Shown one piece after another: positions 25,251 to 39,177 of a stretch of 64,000 nucleotides of DNA. Position 1 is the first letter of the stretch. The number at the start of each line of letters is the position of its first letter. Made by a program: the position numbers and the translations under genes. The notes beneath the pieces are model-generated. The model saw nothing but the letters and a program-made list of their open reading frames with translations, did no database searches and was not told where the DNA came from. This DNA comes from the human T2T-CHM13v2.0 reference genome, Homo sapiens, in the NCBI RefSeq assembly GCF_009914755.1, contig NC_060942.1; one strand, given 5' to 3'.

Positions 25251-28200
25251 GATCTATTTCTAACAAACCTGCTATTTGTGCTGCGTACTGTTCACTCCTC
25301 AAACCAGGAAACTGAGGCTCCAAGACGGTAAAAACCTTGTTCCAGAGCACACAACTAATGAGAGGCAGAGGTAAGATTTGAAAGGAACCTTCCTGACCTC
25401 AATGGGGTTGTAGCCCCACTGCCTGCCAGGAGCTAAGGGCGCCGCTGATGTGCACAACAGGAATCACAACAAAGACCCCTGAGGAGTCTGGGCATGGTGG
25501 GAGGAAAAGGGGCCTCAGTTCAGACAGGAGAGATCAGGGAGGGAGGCAGACAGCCCAGGTTCAAAGGCATATAAGGGTGTTAAGGGGCCACAAGCAGGTT
25601 GGAAGCGGCAGGGAATGGTTTGATTTTGGTCGATTGAGGTTACACAATTGTGGGAGTGATACTTCCACCACCATACTGGGGTCTCCAGCCTCGAAGGCCA
25701 CAGATTGAAGTGTGGTCCAGTCCATTTTGATACCAGTCCAGGCTCTAGTCTCCATTCTGGGTGATGTGTCTACAGGTCCTGGGAGAAGGACTCTTTCTTT
25801 CTGGATGGCTGCCTCTGGTTGAGCTCTGCTCCCTGACTCTCAGCCCTCCTGGAGGCATTTGTCATTGGGGTTTTCCTGCCTGGAGCACTAAGCAAGCTAA
25901 GCTCAAGGTGCCACAAGCTTTGAAGAGAAATAAAAGTGCTGAGAAGTGATGTTTATCCCCCTGTGGTCTGGCTTTTGACCCCTGCCTTTTCCTCTTGAAT
26001 CATCTCTGAAGAGGTAGACCTGGGAAATGCAATTCTGCCCTTCTCACCTAACCCTGCCACCAGCATCCCACCATCCCAGCATCGCTGTGCCTTTATCTTT
26101 CCTTCCTTTCTCTCTCCTCCCTCCACTTCGAAAAGAATTCCTGTGCAGGCTTGTCAATCTGTCACCGAGGTCTCCAGCCTCCTCCCCTCCCAACGTGCCA
26201 AGCCCCACCAAGCAGCCCCTCTTTGGCGCTGTCCCTTGAACATCAGTCTAAACAGTCATTCCGTGTCTGTCAAAATACTGACAGCGCTTCTCCCTGCTCG
26301 GAGAGCATCAGATCCCATCTGTATCACAAGCAGTCTTCCAGGTTTATTTTGCCTATCACGTCTGAACACTTGCTATTTAAATTCCAAATCATTTTTCTGG
26401 GGGTTAACAGTGTCCCTGCTATTCTTGGAGTTTACTCACTACATCTCCAACTCAGCAACCTTATTTGTATGCTGCTATATCATATATATACACACTTACA
26501 CACACACACGTTCATACCATACACACACACGTGCACGTGGACAGACACATCAGCAATGACTCCGCCACACCATCACTGCCATAAGCACCAGGCAGGATTA
26601 TCATTGGTCTGCATGTTACATGAACAACAAAATGTCGGAGATCATTCCTGCTTTCAAAGGCCATTTGGATTATTGGGAAGAAAAACAAAATATGGAATAA
26701 GTTTAGATATTTTTTGTTTGTTTCTTCAGGCTCTTTCCAATCCAAATTTCATTTTCTGACTCTGTCAGTTGAAATATGTTGAGAACGGTTGTCATCATTC
26801 TCTCTCTCCTCTCTTGAGGGCTGGGGGGTGCAATTTAGAAGTATCTCTTGGTAAATAAAACATGCCTATCACTTTCTATGCTTAGTAGAACAAGGCCACT
26901 TAATGGCTAAGGAGGGTGAAGTCATCCTGCCTGGGTCAGGAGTAGGAGTCTCTTAACAAATCTGACACCTTTCTGTTAATGTGAAACACTTCTAGGTCTA
27001 ATCATACCACTGCCATGCAGCTGAGAGTGTAAAATAGGAAGGGGAAACAGGATCAGAGGTCAGCCTTGTTCACCAGAGCTCAGTGGCTCAGTCTCTCACC
27101 TGCCTGAGCCCTGGCACCTGGCTGCCTCCCCTGGCATCTCTCTGACCTGGTTCCTACTTGCAGCCTCCTCCTTTCCCATGAAGCTGATCTCCTACCTACC
27201 TTGACTTCTTTTTTCCTGAATCTGTGCCTGGAATGCTGAGTCTTGGTGTAGCTCACTTCCCTGTGGCAGTGGGAGCCTTTGGTCATGGAGGTGACATCAC
27301 TGGGCTAATGCAGACAAAAATGACATGCTGAGCCATTGCACCCCAGGTCTGAGTCCAGAGAAGGGTTTGAGAACTGGTGACACCTTCAGAAGAGAAGTCC
27401 ATCAGGCCCTTCTTAGTCCAGGCTGGCTTGAAATGACCTAAAGAGTCAACTGTGAGTGAGAGAAGACCAGCAGCTGGGGTGCTTTAGTTACGAGTCATAG
27501 GGTGCTCAAGAGCTATTTGGACCCCAACTTAGTTCTCTGGATTGTTTTTCTCAAGCCTGGAGTTATTCTAAGAATTGGGGGACTGTCCCTGATCTATGAT
27601 GGGCTCAGCTGGCCTTGGAGACTGGGTTCTACTTTTCCACCGCACCAACATTGCCCCCTACTTTTGAAACTGTGTGCTTGTCCTTACCTCTTATAAAAGC
27701 CAGCCCAAAGGTCTGCCTTCAAAGAATGATCTCATGGAGGACACAGGACTGTCAAAAGTAGATCCTGTGCCAGACGGTAGAGGGCAATGCTGGGGCCAGG
27801 CTTATCTACCCTGGAGCACATCTGCACATCTAGGAGACACCACCCTCGCTGTGTGAGGCTGGACAGTGGGCAAACCATAAAGATGGGATTTCGAAATACA
27901 GCAGGGCATATCTTTGGTTATTGTGCTCTGTGTGGGGTCAACTTATACTAGTTGTATATTCTGCTTTTGTTTGGTTTGCTCTAATTTATTTCTTCCCTAC
28001 CTCCCTCCCTACCTCCCTCCCTTCCTTTCTTTTCTTCCTTCTTTTCTTCTCTTCCTTCTTTCCTTGTATCTTTCTCATTAACTTGTGCATTTGTGCAAGT
28101 CCCCTTTGTGATTGTACTGAGTTTCAAAAGAATACAAAATCATTTGTAAAATATGCGTAGGGTGTGAAGACTAGAAATACCATCAACAGTGATGGACCTC

Positions 28201-28305
28201 CGGCCCGGTTAAAGACACATGACATGGTCACAGCTTTAAGCCCCTGCCTCATCCTTTTCCCTCCTCCGTGAGAACGAATCATTACCCCACATTGTGTGTA
28301 TCTGA

Positions 28306-28763
28306 CTGTGACCCTCCTGACTTACTGAGACTTCTATAAGCCCAAAGTGCCCAGACACTGACTTAATACCCGCTCTAAGGAAAATTTCCCTCTGACTCTG
28401 AGCAGGGCACATGAGAGAAATTTCTGAACACGTCGAGTCTCCTAATTGATAAAAGTGGAAGCTATTAAAAACTAATATATCATCATCCAACATCAACCAA
28501 AAAAATGCTGCAGTCACTAGCACAGCTTATAATGCTGTGACCCTCCTGACTTACTGAGACTTCTATAAGCCCAAAGTGCCCAGACACTGACTTAATACCC
28601 GCTCTAAGGAAAATTTCCCTCTGACTCTGAGCAGGGCACATGAGAGAAATTTCTGAACACGTTGAGTCTCCTAATTGATAAAAGTGGAAGCTATTAAAAA
28701 CTAATATATCATCATCCAACATCAACCAAAAAAATGCTGCAGTCACTAGCACAGCTTATAATG
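28306..28763 (+). repeat. Tandem duplication, 2 x 229 bp
   Basis: 28306-28534 equals 28535-28763 except cgtcgag/cgttgag; ctg microhomology at the boundaries. Confidence 0.97.
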
Positions 28764-29049
28764 CTGAAGCTCATTAATATGATGTGTGAAACAGCTTTAA
28801 ATGTTATTAAATCAGGTATACATAGCACTGTTTTTCTCAGACTTCTACACTGTGTATTCAACAGGTCTCCATTGTGTTTGCTTCTTCCTCTTTCAATTCT
28901 GAGTTCAGTAAGAATTTGTTGAAACTTTCACTTAGACAAGGTCTTTTTTTTAGATATAGAGATATGCCCCCTCGTGGGTTCTTGTCTTACCTCGAGGGTC
29001 TTACACTCTCCCAGAGCCTGAAACCATGAGAGATCACTGGAAGCCCTTA

Positions 29050-29365
29050 AAGCTGTGCTTTCTGGTAGGAAGCCACTAGCCCTCTGTGACTACAGAGAAA
29101 TGTCTAAATTGAAGTGTGCTTTAAGTGTAAAACATGTACTGGATTTGAAAGACTTAGTATGAAAAAAATGGAAAAGCTCTCATTTAACCTGGTAATATTG
29201 ATTACACATTCAAATGACAGTATTTTGGATATACTGGATGAAATAAAATGTATTATTAAAATTTATTGCATGAACTTTTATTTTTAAATGTGACTGTAAA
29301 AAATTTAAAGTAGTATATGTGGTTCATGTTTCATGGCTTGCATTATATTTCTATTGGACAAAACA
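29050..29365 (+). mobile_element. MER33 (hAT-Charlie)
   Basis: aagtgtaaaacatgtactggatttgaaagacttagtatgaaaaaa...gcattatatttctattggaca. Confidence 0.8.
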
Positions 29366-29411
29366 TACAATCAGGCATTACAGTGTGTTATACAGCTAAC
29401 ACACGGAACAC

Positions 29412-29905
29412 TGTAGGTTCCTGGCCTTCTGCCTGCAGAACCAGTCCTTGTATTCTCCTTACTTTGCTTTGTATGACATGGGGGCTGACTCCTGTAATAC
29501 CTTGTTTCCCAGATTTCCATGACATCTGGCTTTTGACTTGGTTTGGCCAATGGGAGGCACTGTTGGGAGATTGGAGGGCAGGAAGAAAGGAGGAAGTAGT
29601 ATGTTTCTCCCCTCTCTGTGTTTGGCAATGTTTTGGCAGGCGCTGTCTCCTTCATGCTCTAGGTCTCTACTCCATGCCCCCTCCACCCTGCCCTGGGCTC
29701 CAACTCCCACCAGGTAAAGTGGCTGCTAGACCCTGGGCTCTAGTAGCTCTACCTCCTCCATTCATCCTTCCAGCCTACAGGGAGTGACTTCCTGCTGTTT
29801 TCATTGCAGTCTCACTCTCATCTCCCCATTTCACTTTTCATCTTTTGCATTACTTCTGTCACAGATTCCCTCTGTTTCTTTTTTCCTGGTTGGATGTTGA
29901 CTGAT
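29412..29905 (+). mobile_element. LTR33/LTR41-like ERVL LTR
   Basis: ggtttggccaatgggaggcactgttgggagattggagggcaggaagaaagg...ccttccagcctacaggg. Confidence 0.65.
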
Positions 29906-30179
29906 GAAAAAACCTGAATGAAGGGAAAGAACAGAAAGGGCTGGAGGAGATGGTGAAATACAAAACGAGGGTCTGGGGGCTGAAAGAATCTCAAAGCTGA
30001 GTTAGTGCATCGATGAACTAGAAGTATGGAATGCAAATGGGAATGATGAGGGAAGAGACAGAGGGAAAGGGAAAGAAACATTCAGAAGAGGAGGCTAGCC
30101 CAGGAAAGACTCAAATATGGTGATTTGCATGGCCTGTTCAGAAGAGAGGGAATAAACCACCTGATGGGATAGAAAGGCT

Positions 30180-30325
30180 CTTTTTTAAATAAACTTTTAA
30201 TTCTGGAATAATTTGGGGCATCCCAGGTTTGCACAAAAAAAAAAAATTGCAAAATTAGTATAGAGATTTCCCATAGTCATCTGACCTAGCTTCCTCTAAC
30301 ATTAACACCTTATGTAACTATTGTT
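30180..30325 (-). mobile_element. L1MB/L1MC 3' end fragment
   Basis: aaacttttaattctggaataattt...ttgcaaaattagtatagagatttcccata...taacaccttatgtaactat. Confidence 0.6.
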
Positions 30326-30550
30326 CCTCAGAAGGTTTATTTTAAATGTGGAGGGTGATACATTCTATTGGTAGAATAGAGACAGACTATAGAGGATCTA
30401 TATTGGTTTCCAAATTTTAGAATTTGAAGGGGTCTTGGAGATTGTATGGTCTAATCCTTTAAATTTTACTTATTTTTTGATATAAAAAACCTAATGCTCA
30501 AAGAAGCTACGTGACTTTTATTCATTTACTGTATATGAATTACAATCTAG

Positions 30551-31210
<660 letters not shown>

Positions 31211-31921
31211 CTGCCCTAGAGGGTACAGTAGCACAACTAGAAGTTGGCACTTTCTGGCTTAACAATTCCTGTAGCTATTCTGGGGAGCTGAATACTGATC
31301 TGAGTGAAAAATCTTCATTTTCACAGTGTATTGATCAGGTGCTCTTCCAAGACTGGTCTTCCAAACTTCCTAGGAAACACTCAAGCTCTCACCTGGGAAC
31401 TGCCCAGCCACCTTTATTACTGTTAGCATCCTCTTTACCATGGTTCATTATTTCCATCTTTGTTCATATAATCACATGGCCTTGATTCAATCCTCAGAGA
31501 TGCTTGGATTCAGCAATGTGTCAAATGTAGTCTCTGCCACCTTCAGCATCCTCACTCAGTGCCACTTTTTACGTCCCAGGTCTGCACATGCCCAAAGCTC
31601 TCATTTTATGGTGGCCTTTCTTCTCTCCTTTACTAAAACTCGATTTGTAATTTCTCATTTACACCAAGTTCCAAATTTTAGAATCCAAGAATGTTGGTGA
31701 TGGATAAAACTAAGACCATATCTACTCTCATTTTATAGAGGACTAAAGGTGGCTGCATTAATTTTAGATCGAATATTGCCTTTTCTCATCTCATACTTCT
31801 ACCTCTAAGAAGCTGAGAAACTGAGGGGATTTCCCAATGTTCCCAAATTCCTCTTTTATAATTGACATTCACAGTTTTAATGCATGCATAACACACACAC
31901 TCTCTCTCACTCCCCCCAACT

Positions 31922-31958
31922 TGTGTGTGTGTGTGTGTGTGTCTGTGTGTCTCTGTGT
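31922..31958. repeat. (TG)n microsatellite
   Basis: tgtgtgtgtgtgtgtgtgtgtctgtgtgtctctgtgt. Confidence 0.9.
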
Positions 31959-33139
31959 TAGGGTCTGTAATATACAGTACCCCTAAATGCTCATAGATGT
32001 TATGGAAATGACGGAAGGGCTATGCAAATCTCAAACACCAAGCATGCATTATTCTAAGACTTTGGCTCCCCATATGTGAACCTGTAAAAACAGGTGATAG
32101 ATTTATGTTCATACATTAAACAGGCCACCCAGCCCCAGTGTAAAATCAGGGTGACAACTGAATACATCACTGTTCCCAGCAGCTACCTGTGTGCACTCAT
32201 TACCCAGTGGAAAATGGGCCAGCCTTGTTCATTAGAGCTCCCTTCTCCAAAGGAGAGCCATTTGCACATTGTCTCATTTAAAACAAACCAACCAACCCCA
32301 CAGAGACTCAAAAGAAAACAGAAAGACCTTTTCCTAAATAGCCTCTGGAAGGTGTTGTGTGTTGTTCCTGTTTGCCTGTGTCTAAGCTGTCATGGATGAA
32401 GGATAGCTGCACACCTGCTTAGAAGAGGGAATTGTTTCCTTGTGGGAGGAGGGATTACCTGCTAGCATTAATTAGAAAGAGGTAGAATCTGGTAAATGTT
32501 TTTGGGAGAAATTACTACAACTTGCAATAACAGCATATTGATTGTCACCCACGTCAGCTCAGAGAAACAAATGGACTGATTGGATTTGGAGTGCAAGTGT
32601 TGTGAACCTAGTGTGCTGGTCAAGGCCCTGCAGGGCAGGCCTTCATGTGAAGAGCAGCAACTCGTGGCCCACAGCAAGCGGGTGAATTGTGAGACTGGGG
32701 GAGTTCATGGGGACAGGGTAGGAGTGGGGACTCTACTGGACTTTGCTGCCTGTGGCTTTCCTCTCTCAAGTTCTGACACTATGAAAATTCTGTGGAATTC
32801 AAGGATGGAAGCAGAGGCCACAGAGTGGGCATGAAAACTAAATGATCACTCCTCATTCTGCCCCATCCTCCTGCCTGCCTACCTTGCTGGCTGTTGTGAA
32901 CTTCCACCTTCTCTGGCTTCCAGGGCCTTTGGATCGCTGCCCGGGCTTCCTGCTTCTCGAGCCATTCGGGCAGCATTCTCTGCTTTGACGTTCTTTCAGA
33001 TACCACCGAGTCCTCTCCCTCTGCTGATACCAGCGGCTGTGGATGAAACGTGGTCTTCCCCAGCCCCGCAGGACCTACACTAGCACAGCCAGCCATGGCC
33101 ATCCTTGACCCCAGAGGATACTGGACAGTCCTAATATGC

Positions 33140-33380
33140 CATCCTAAGAGCAGAGTAACTCGCCTGCAGTCCTAGCTCCTTTTGTCTCCTGCCCAGTGGC
33201 TTTGAGCAAGTTGCTTTAATTCTGTGTGCCTCCATTTCTCCTCCCTACACAGGAGCAATATGGGAGTAACCATCTTAGATACAGAAATATTTATTTCATA
33301 GGGTTTCTGCAAGCTTAAAATGAGATGAAGAAAGTGAGTGCTACAAAGCTCTTCACTGGGGCAAATGGTAGCTTTTGTTG
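33140..33380 (+). mobile_element. MIR
   Basis: ctttgagcaagttgctttaattctgtgtgcctccatttctc...taaaatgagatgaag. Confidence 0.6.
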
Positions 33381-35309
33381 ATACTGACCCTCCTCCTTCT
33401 TAGGAATGCTTCCTTGTGTTTCTGATAGGTTTACAAGGGTTCATCACCAAAAACTCAAGCAAACCTCATATCCTCCCAGTGATTAATCCTGTGCTTCAGG
33501 ATCAGTTCTATATGTTGACATGTGAGCTTGACAAGTGAGCTGCCTCACCCTAGACTCATGAGCAAACAAATGTCATGCAAGGCTCCACACTGCACCCTCA
33601 GTGGGGCAGGAGCAACGATGGTGACAATAATGGTTTGCACTTTGGGGTGTAGTTGACTTTCCTTGTCTGAGGAAAGGCCCTTCCCCTACAGGTACCCCTG
33701 TTCTGGTGCCCTGGCAGCTTCTGGATAGAGGTGGGACAAGCGTGAATATGCTTTCCTACAATCTCTAGCTTCTCTATGTGGTCTAAGTTGCCAGACACCC
33801 CAAAACAGATCAGAAGATTCAGGAGGCTAAAACCTATGGCCATTAGGGAGCTGCAGAAATGGGAAGAATCATAGTTCCTTCCTCATCCCAATTCTGAGGG
33901 TCAACTGAGATAATTCTTCAGTGACTGACAGAGCGTCATTCTGCAAGTGCAGACAACCTGCACTTTTCCTCTTCTACACAATTGATCATGCCATGCCCAG
34001 TCCCCGCCTGCCTCCCTGCTCTCACTTCCAGGAAGGTATATGGAGACAGGGCTAGAGGTGTCCCTAATCCTACTTGTAGTTCCTGTGGGGATTCATCCCG
34101 CCTTAATGCAGTCAGAGCATACTCTACAAACTCATGTTAAACGTAAATGAAGGAGCCCCACGGCTCTTTGCCTGCTGCTCACTAACCCAGGATATCATTG
34201 CCTGAGCAGATGCTGGGAACCTTCAAGAGTAATCCCAAGTCCTGAGCAAGCTGGGGCCTGGGACGCTTGCTGTTCATTCTCAGCCACCTCAACAAGAACA
34301 GCCACCTTTCTTTTCTACAGGAAAGGTGGACGAGTGCTGGCAGGGGCTGGGTATGCTGCCCATCATTTGCTTTAATTATTATATCCATGTCTCTTTCATT
34401 ACATTTTATTGCTTATTTTCTTATCACATTTTTAATCTTCTTTTTTACCATTTTATTTTAGCCTGGTGGATGATCCCCACCAGCCCAAGGTGGGAGGCAG
34501 TGAGGGGGCTGCTGAACAACTCAAGCAAAGGAGAGCTGGCACCTTACCCTCAACTTCAGTCACCTCCATAGTGGTTCTTTGAGTCCCCTTGAGGCTGGAA
34601 TTTAATGAAAATCCCTTAATTAAATCTTCTGGGGATTTCCATGAAACAAAAATCTACCTATCAATATGAAAGGGTGACAATCCTACTTTTTTAAAAGCTC
34701 ACAAAGCTGATAAACTCTAATGAAGCACAGGCCAATGTTCCTTACTGTCTCCCCATCCTTTAGCCAGGGCAGCGAGGAGTCTTGCTTTAGGTGCATTTTG
34801 ACTAAATTTCTGGAATAAAATATATGTCCCCAAATGAAAAACTCCTTTGGCATCCTATGTGTCTCCTTGTCTATCCCAAGCATGTGTGTTTCCCCTAAAA
34901 ACATCCTTCTCCCTGGGCTGAGCAGAAAGGAGGTGGTGTCTGTTCCCCTGGATGAAATGTTAAGTCCCAAAGACTGTCCTATAAGAAGTGCCAATGTGTC
35001 ATGCAAGGAAGGGTTTTTGCTTCCTTTGAACATCACTTAAATGGTTACTGTCAAAGTCAGATGCAAGACCTGAACAACTCGAGAAGATCACTCAGTGGCC
35101 TGATAGATGAGTTGTTTACACTGAAAAAGAGAAATATAGTACCTGGGATGAGGCCTCCCTCAATGACAAAATGGACAGATTAAATGAGTTATTGATAATA
35201 ACTTTGACAGACCTTCAATTGCCAAGATCCCATCTGTGGCTCATCTTCCCTCTCTCATTGGCCTTTAAAAGTTTTCATTGCACTGTTTTTTTGTTTCAAA
35301 GTTCTTTTG

Positions 35310-35526
35310 TAAAAAAAACGTTTATTTTAGATTTCGGGGGCATATGTGCAGGTTTGTTACACAAGTATATTGCGTGACACTGAGGTTTTGGGGTATGACT
35401 GATTCTGTCCCCCAGGTAATGAATATGGTACCCAATAGGTAGTTTGTCAACACTTGCTTCCCACCCACCTCCCTGCTCCCACTAGTAGTCCCCAGCAGTC
35501 TTTTGTTCCATTCTTTATGCCCATGT
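35310..35526 (-). mobile_element. Short L1PA15/16-like 3' end
   Basis: tttattttagatttcgggggcatatgtgcaggtttgttacacaagtatattgcgtgacactgaggttttgggg...tagtagtccccag. Confidence 0.85.
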
Positions 35527-35752
35527 CATTGCAAAATTTTTTGTGCCCACATTGTTAAAAGCAAGACAAACTAGATTTCTCCTGAGACTTCTTAGAGGCT
35601 TTATGTGACTAAGGTCTTTTCAGAGGCATTTGATGGGTTGGGCTTATGGCTGAGGTTGGCATGCAACAGGGAGAGAAAAGAATATTACCCAGAGGGTTAG
35701 GAGATGTGGGTTCTATTCCTGGCTTGGCTACTAACTGGCAATGAGACTTTAG

Positions 35753-36066
35753 GGCTGTGCTGTTCAACACAGTAGGTACCAGCCCCATGTGACTAAGAAC
35801 TTGAAATGTGGCTACTCCCAACTGAGATCTGCTGTAAGTGTGAAACACACACTGGGTTTCGAAGGCTTGACGTGAGAAAGCATGTAAACTATCTCGCTAA
35901 TGATTTTCCTATTGGCTACATGTTGTCATTGATATTTTCGATATGTTTGGTTAAACAAAATATTAATTTCATCTGTTTATTTTTAGTTATTTAATGTGGC
36001 TACTAGAAAATTTAAAATTTCATATGTGGGTTGCATTATATTTCTATGGAAAATAGAACACAGTGC
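35753..36066 (+). mobile_element. MER33 (hAT-Charlie)
   Basis: gctgtgctgttcaacacagtagg...ttgaaatgtggcta...atgtggctactagaaaatttaaaatt...gcattatatttctat. Confidence 0.85.
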
Positions 36067-37578
36067 TGCCTGAGACGAAGCTGTACAACTTCTCTAATTT
36101 GGAAAATTAGGGGCATTAGAGACCATCTCTGACAATCAGTAATTTCCTTGCATGAAATATGTCCTCCAAGATTCATTGGCTTCTTTGATATTTTAGAAAT
36201 GGTTCCCAGCGTCATCAATAAATGTTAGAGAATTTTGAATGTTAGAAAGTTGTGTCATGTGGGTTGAGTGTTGGCAACCAGGCACTATACAGACATGAAA
36301 ACCACAGTTCCTGCCTTCGAGTCACAAATGCTAGGGGTGAAAATATAGACATGAAAACACAAAACAATTACTACTGATATATAGTCATGTGTGATTAATT
36401 GTCAAATTAGTTTTTCTCACAGTATAGGATACATAAGGCTTTAACAGGTTCAGAGCAATTCAAATTGGGAGACTACTTCTCAGAGCGAGTAAGAGTAAGA
36501 AAAAAAAAAGAGACAATTCTTTCTTTCTCTCCCATAAAGGTTGCGTGGTAATAATGAGGAATGATGAGTGAGCATGAAGGAACTAAACATGTTATTGGGA
36601 ACAGAACATGCCTGCAGATCCATTACCTTTCCCTCCAAGAATATTTTCCCAACTTTTTCCCCATTGAGATGAGGAAATTTGGGTGGTGCTACTTATTGCC
36701 CCTGGTTACGCAGAAGCTCAGCCGTTTTCTCCTAACCTCCCAGTGTGGGAACCCAGGAACCATGCCAGTGTCCTCAGAGGCAAGAGGGGACGATATTAGA
36801 AAATCCTGACAGCAAAGGGCAGTAAAGGCATCAGTCACTCTTCAGGAGAAGAATAAAGTAGTGGTTGAACACCACTCGTTGGCATGTTAGGGATCTTCCC
36901 GTCTGCTTTGTGGACGTTCCTCCCCCTGCCACAAGAATGAATCCCCCCTCAGCACATTTCAAGCCTACATAGGAGTCACGGTGACGAATCAATCGAATTG
37001 TCGTTGTGCTATTCTGGGTTTCTCCGGGGGCGGTTGGGGGGGTGGGGAACGCTTTGGAGAAAACCACAAACTGGCCAACATCCTCTCTCTCCTTCAAAGT
37101 TCTCCTCCCAGATAATTCAGGAAATAGCATCTCAGAGGTTCCCATCTTGGCATGTGTGGTGTTTTTAAATCCTTTCTAAATGGCTAAGAAGGCAATTCTT
37201 TTCAGCCATTTGCTTTGTGCAGCCCTCCCCTTTCCTGGCGGAGACAGTGTATGCACTGTATTAGAGCATTTTTTTCCTCCATATAATGGCACCAATTAAA
37301 TTACCTTGCAGCCCGACCTTAATCTGGCAGGAATGATTATTCCATGAAACAGTTAGGGCTCTAATTGACATGAAGTGCCTGCAAAATATGTCTTTTGCGG
37401 CAACCCCTGTCAAAGTCACATTGATATGCTAATCCCTATAGCTGGCAGAATCACTTCATAAAGAGAGACATTGAAAATTGAATTATTTCAATTTCAGTAC
37501 CTAGGAATCTAGTGATCTGTCTGTATATGTAACTAAGTAGGTGCAATACTTTATATGGGTAAACAGCTGTACTAGGGC

Positions 37579-37603
37579 GTTGCCATGGAAACTGCTTGAC
37601 TCA
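37579..37603. promoter_or_regulatory. RFX X-box (GTTGCCATGGAAAC) with adjacent AP-1 site (TGACTCA)
   Basis: 13/14 match to the palindromic X-box GTTGCCATGGCAAC at 37579-37592; TGACTCA at 37597-37603; repeat-free context. Confidence 0.5.
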
Positions 37604-38467
37604 TGGCAGTTGTGTTAGTGACGAAGTCATTAGCAGTGTGAAATGTACTTTGAGGTTGTCAAGTGTAACACTCCGGGAATATTTCAGTGGTATTAGTGGA
37701 GCCTTTTCATTTACATAATTTAGGCTTTCACGCATGATCTCATTATGGTGCAAGAAAGGAGTGGGTTGTGGGGGCAGTTGTACCCAGACCAGATGAATCT
37801 CCATTACACCATTCACTTACTATTCTTTCTCCTTAAATAGGGTCCCCCAAATAAGTCTTATGGGAAATTGATAACTCCCTGCAAACAATGACTTTGAAAC
37901 CCTGTTGGTGGTGGGACCGGCTACATTGGCGTATATATTGCCTGAACAATTAGAAACCATTGACAAGTTTGGGATTCATTAGTTACTTTTGTTCTGATGT
38001 TTCATTAACCTTGTAAGTTAGGAAATAAAACTTTCAAGTCAAGACACTCATTTTTAATCAATATTCAGGTAAGTGTCACCCTCTTTCATGTACACTCCCA
38101 ATGGCTCCTTAATGATCTTCAAGATGATATGTGATGTGCAAGTTCAAAACTTGTCCTCCAAGTTAAATGATAAGCTTTGTTGCTTGACACCGCCCCTGCC
38201 CCCCCGCAAAAAAAAAGTGACTCCGTCCATGCTTTCCAGATTCAGGTCTGCATGATTTCTGGCTGTTTCATGAAATCAGAACACCCTGAATCAAGCTCTA
38301 AAGATCCTTCCAAAAGGAGAACTCTAAACATATTTAAGGCAGTAATTACATTATTAGAGTAAGCAGAAAATGTCCCATGGAGAACCTTTTTTGACGTGCA
38401 AAACACTCCAGTGTGTGTGCTTAGGTGTATGAGTTTATAGCCACATTTCAGTTTTAAGTCTGGTGTT

Positions 38468-38790
38468 ATTTCATTCATTCATTCATTCATGTATTCATTC
38501 ATAAACACTTATTGAGTATCCATAAAGCCCATGCCAGAAAGAGTTGCAGGTACTGGGGGAAAAGTGGTGAATGTAATGGACACAACACTTGTCTTCATGA
38601 AGTTCAATTTAATAGGGGAAGACATATATTAAAATATATATATGCAATTATAAGAACCAGAGACAATGAGAGAGACTAAAGGCAAATGCCTATTTTTATT
38701 AGAGGTGTCAGGCAAGGTCCCCCCGAGAAGTGCCATTTAAGCTGAGAATTAGGAGAAGAGGGGGCAGTGAGGGAAAAGTAGAATTGTATT
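38468..38790 (-). mobile_element. L2 3' region
   Basis: (ttca)n start, aaacacttattgagtatcc...tcaggcaaggtccccccgagaagtgccatttaagctgag. Confidence 0.8.
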
Positions 38791-38830
38791 TCACAACATT
38801 AACTTTGTCCTATTCAGGCCACACAAGTTT

Positions 38831-39177
38831 ACTGAGCTTGAAAGTGTAGTTAAATCAAGGCAAGTTTGATCTTTAAAGCGGGATTCCAGGTTTGTAAGAT
38901 GCCAGTGTGCAGTGTGTTTCTTTACGAAGAGGTTGTATTGTGCAGCCAAATATATTTGACTGTGGAAAATCATTTTCAAGTTCTACCTATTAACATTTGC
39001 AAAACTCCTCTGCAGAAGACAACATAGCTTAGTAAGCACTTAAAAAATGTATGGGGCCAAAGTATGCCATGTTTCATATTAGTTATCTTTTATACATTCC
39101 TTCCAGAAATTCTACAATATCCATATAGTTCTAGAAGATAACTGAGCGAGATGCGAAACAAATAACAGCTTGTTTTG
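38831..39177 (+). repeat. Inverted duplication 2, left arm
   Basis: Reverse complement of 39661-40008; about 22 differences in about 347 bp by hand count. Confidence 0.95.

Noticed and set aside
26528-26539. Tandem E-box palindrome CACGTGCACGTG
   Set aside because: Embedded in a decaying CA microsatellite where such motifs arise readily
26151-26759. 202-aa ORF and overlapping 138-aa ORF
   Set aside because: Non-ATG starts, run through a CA-rich low-complexity tract, no recognisable domain or splice context
32930-33075. Locally CpG-rich patch with a gctgcccg...cgggcagc stem
   Set aside because: Too short for a CpG island; an 8-bp stem is expected by chance and no RNA-family features are visible
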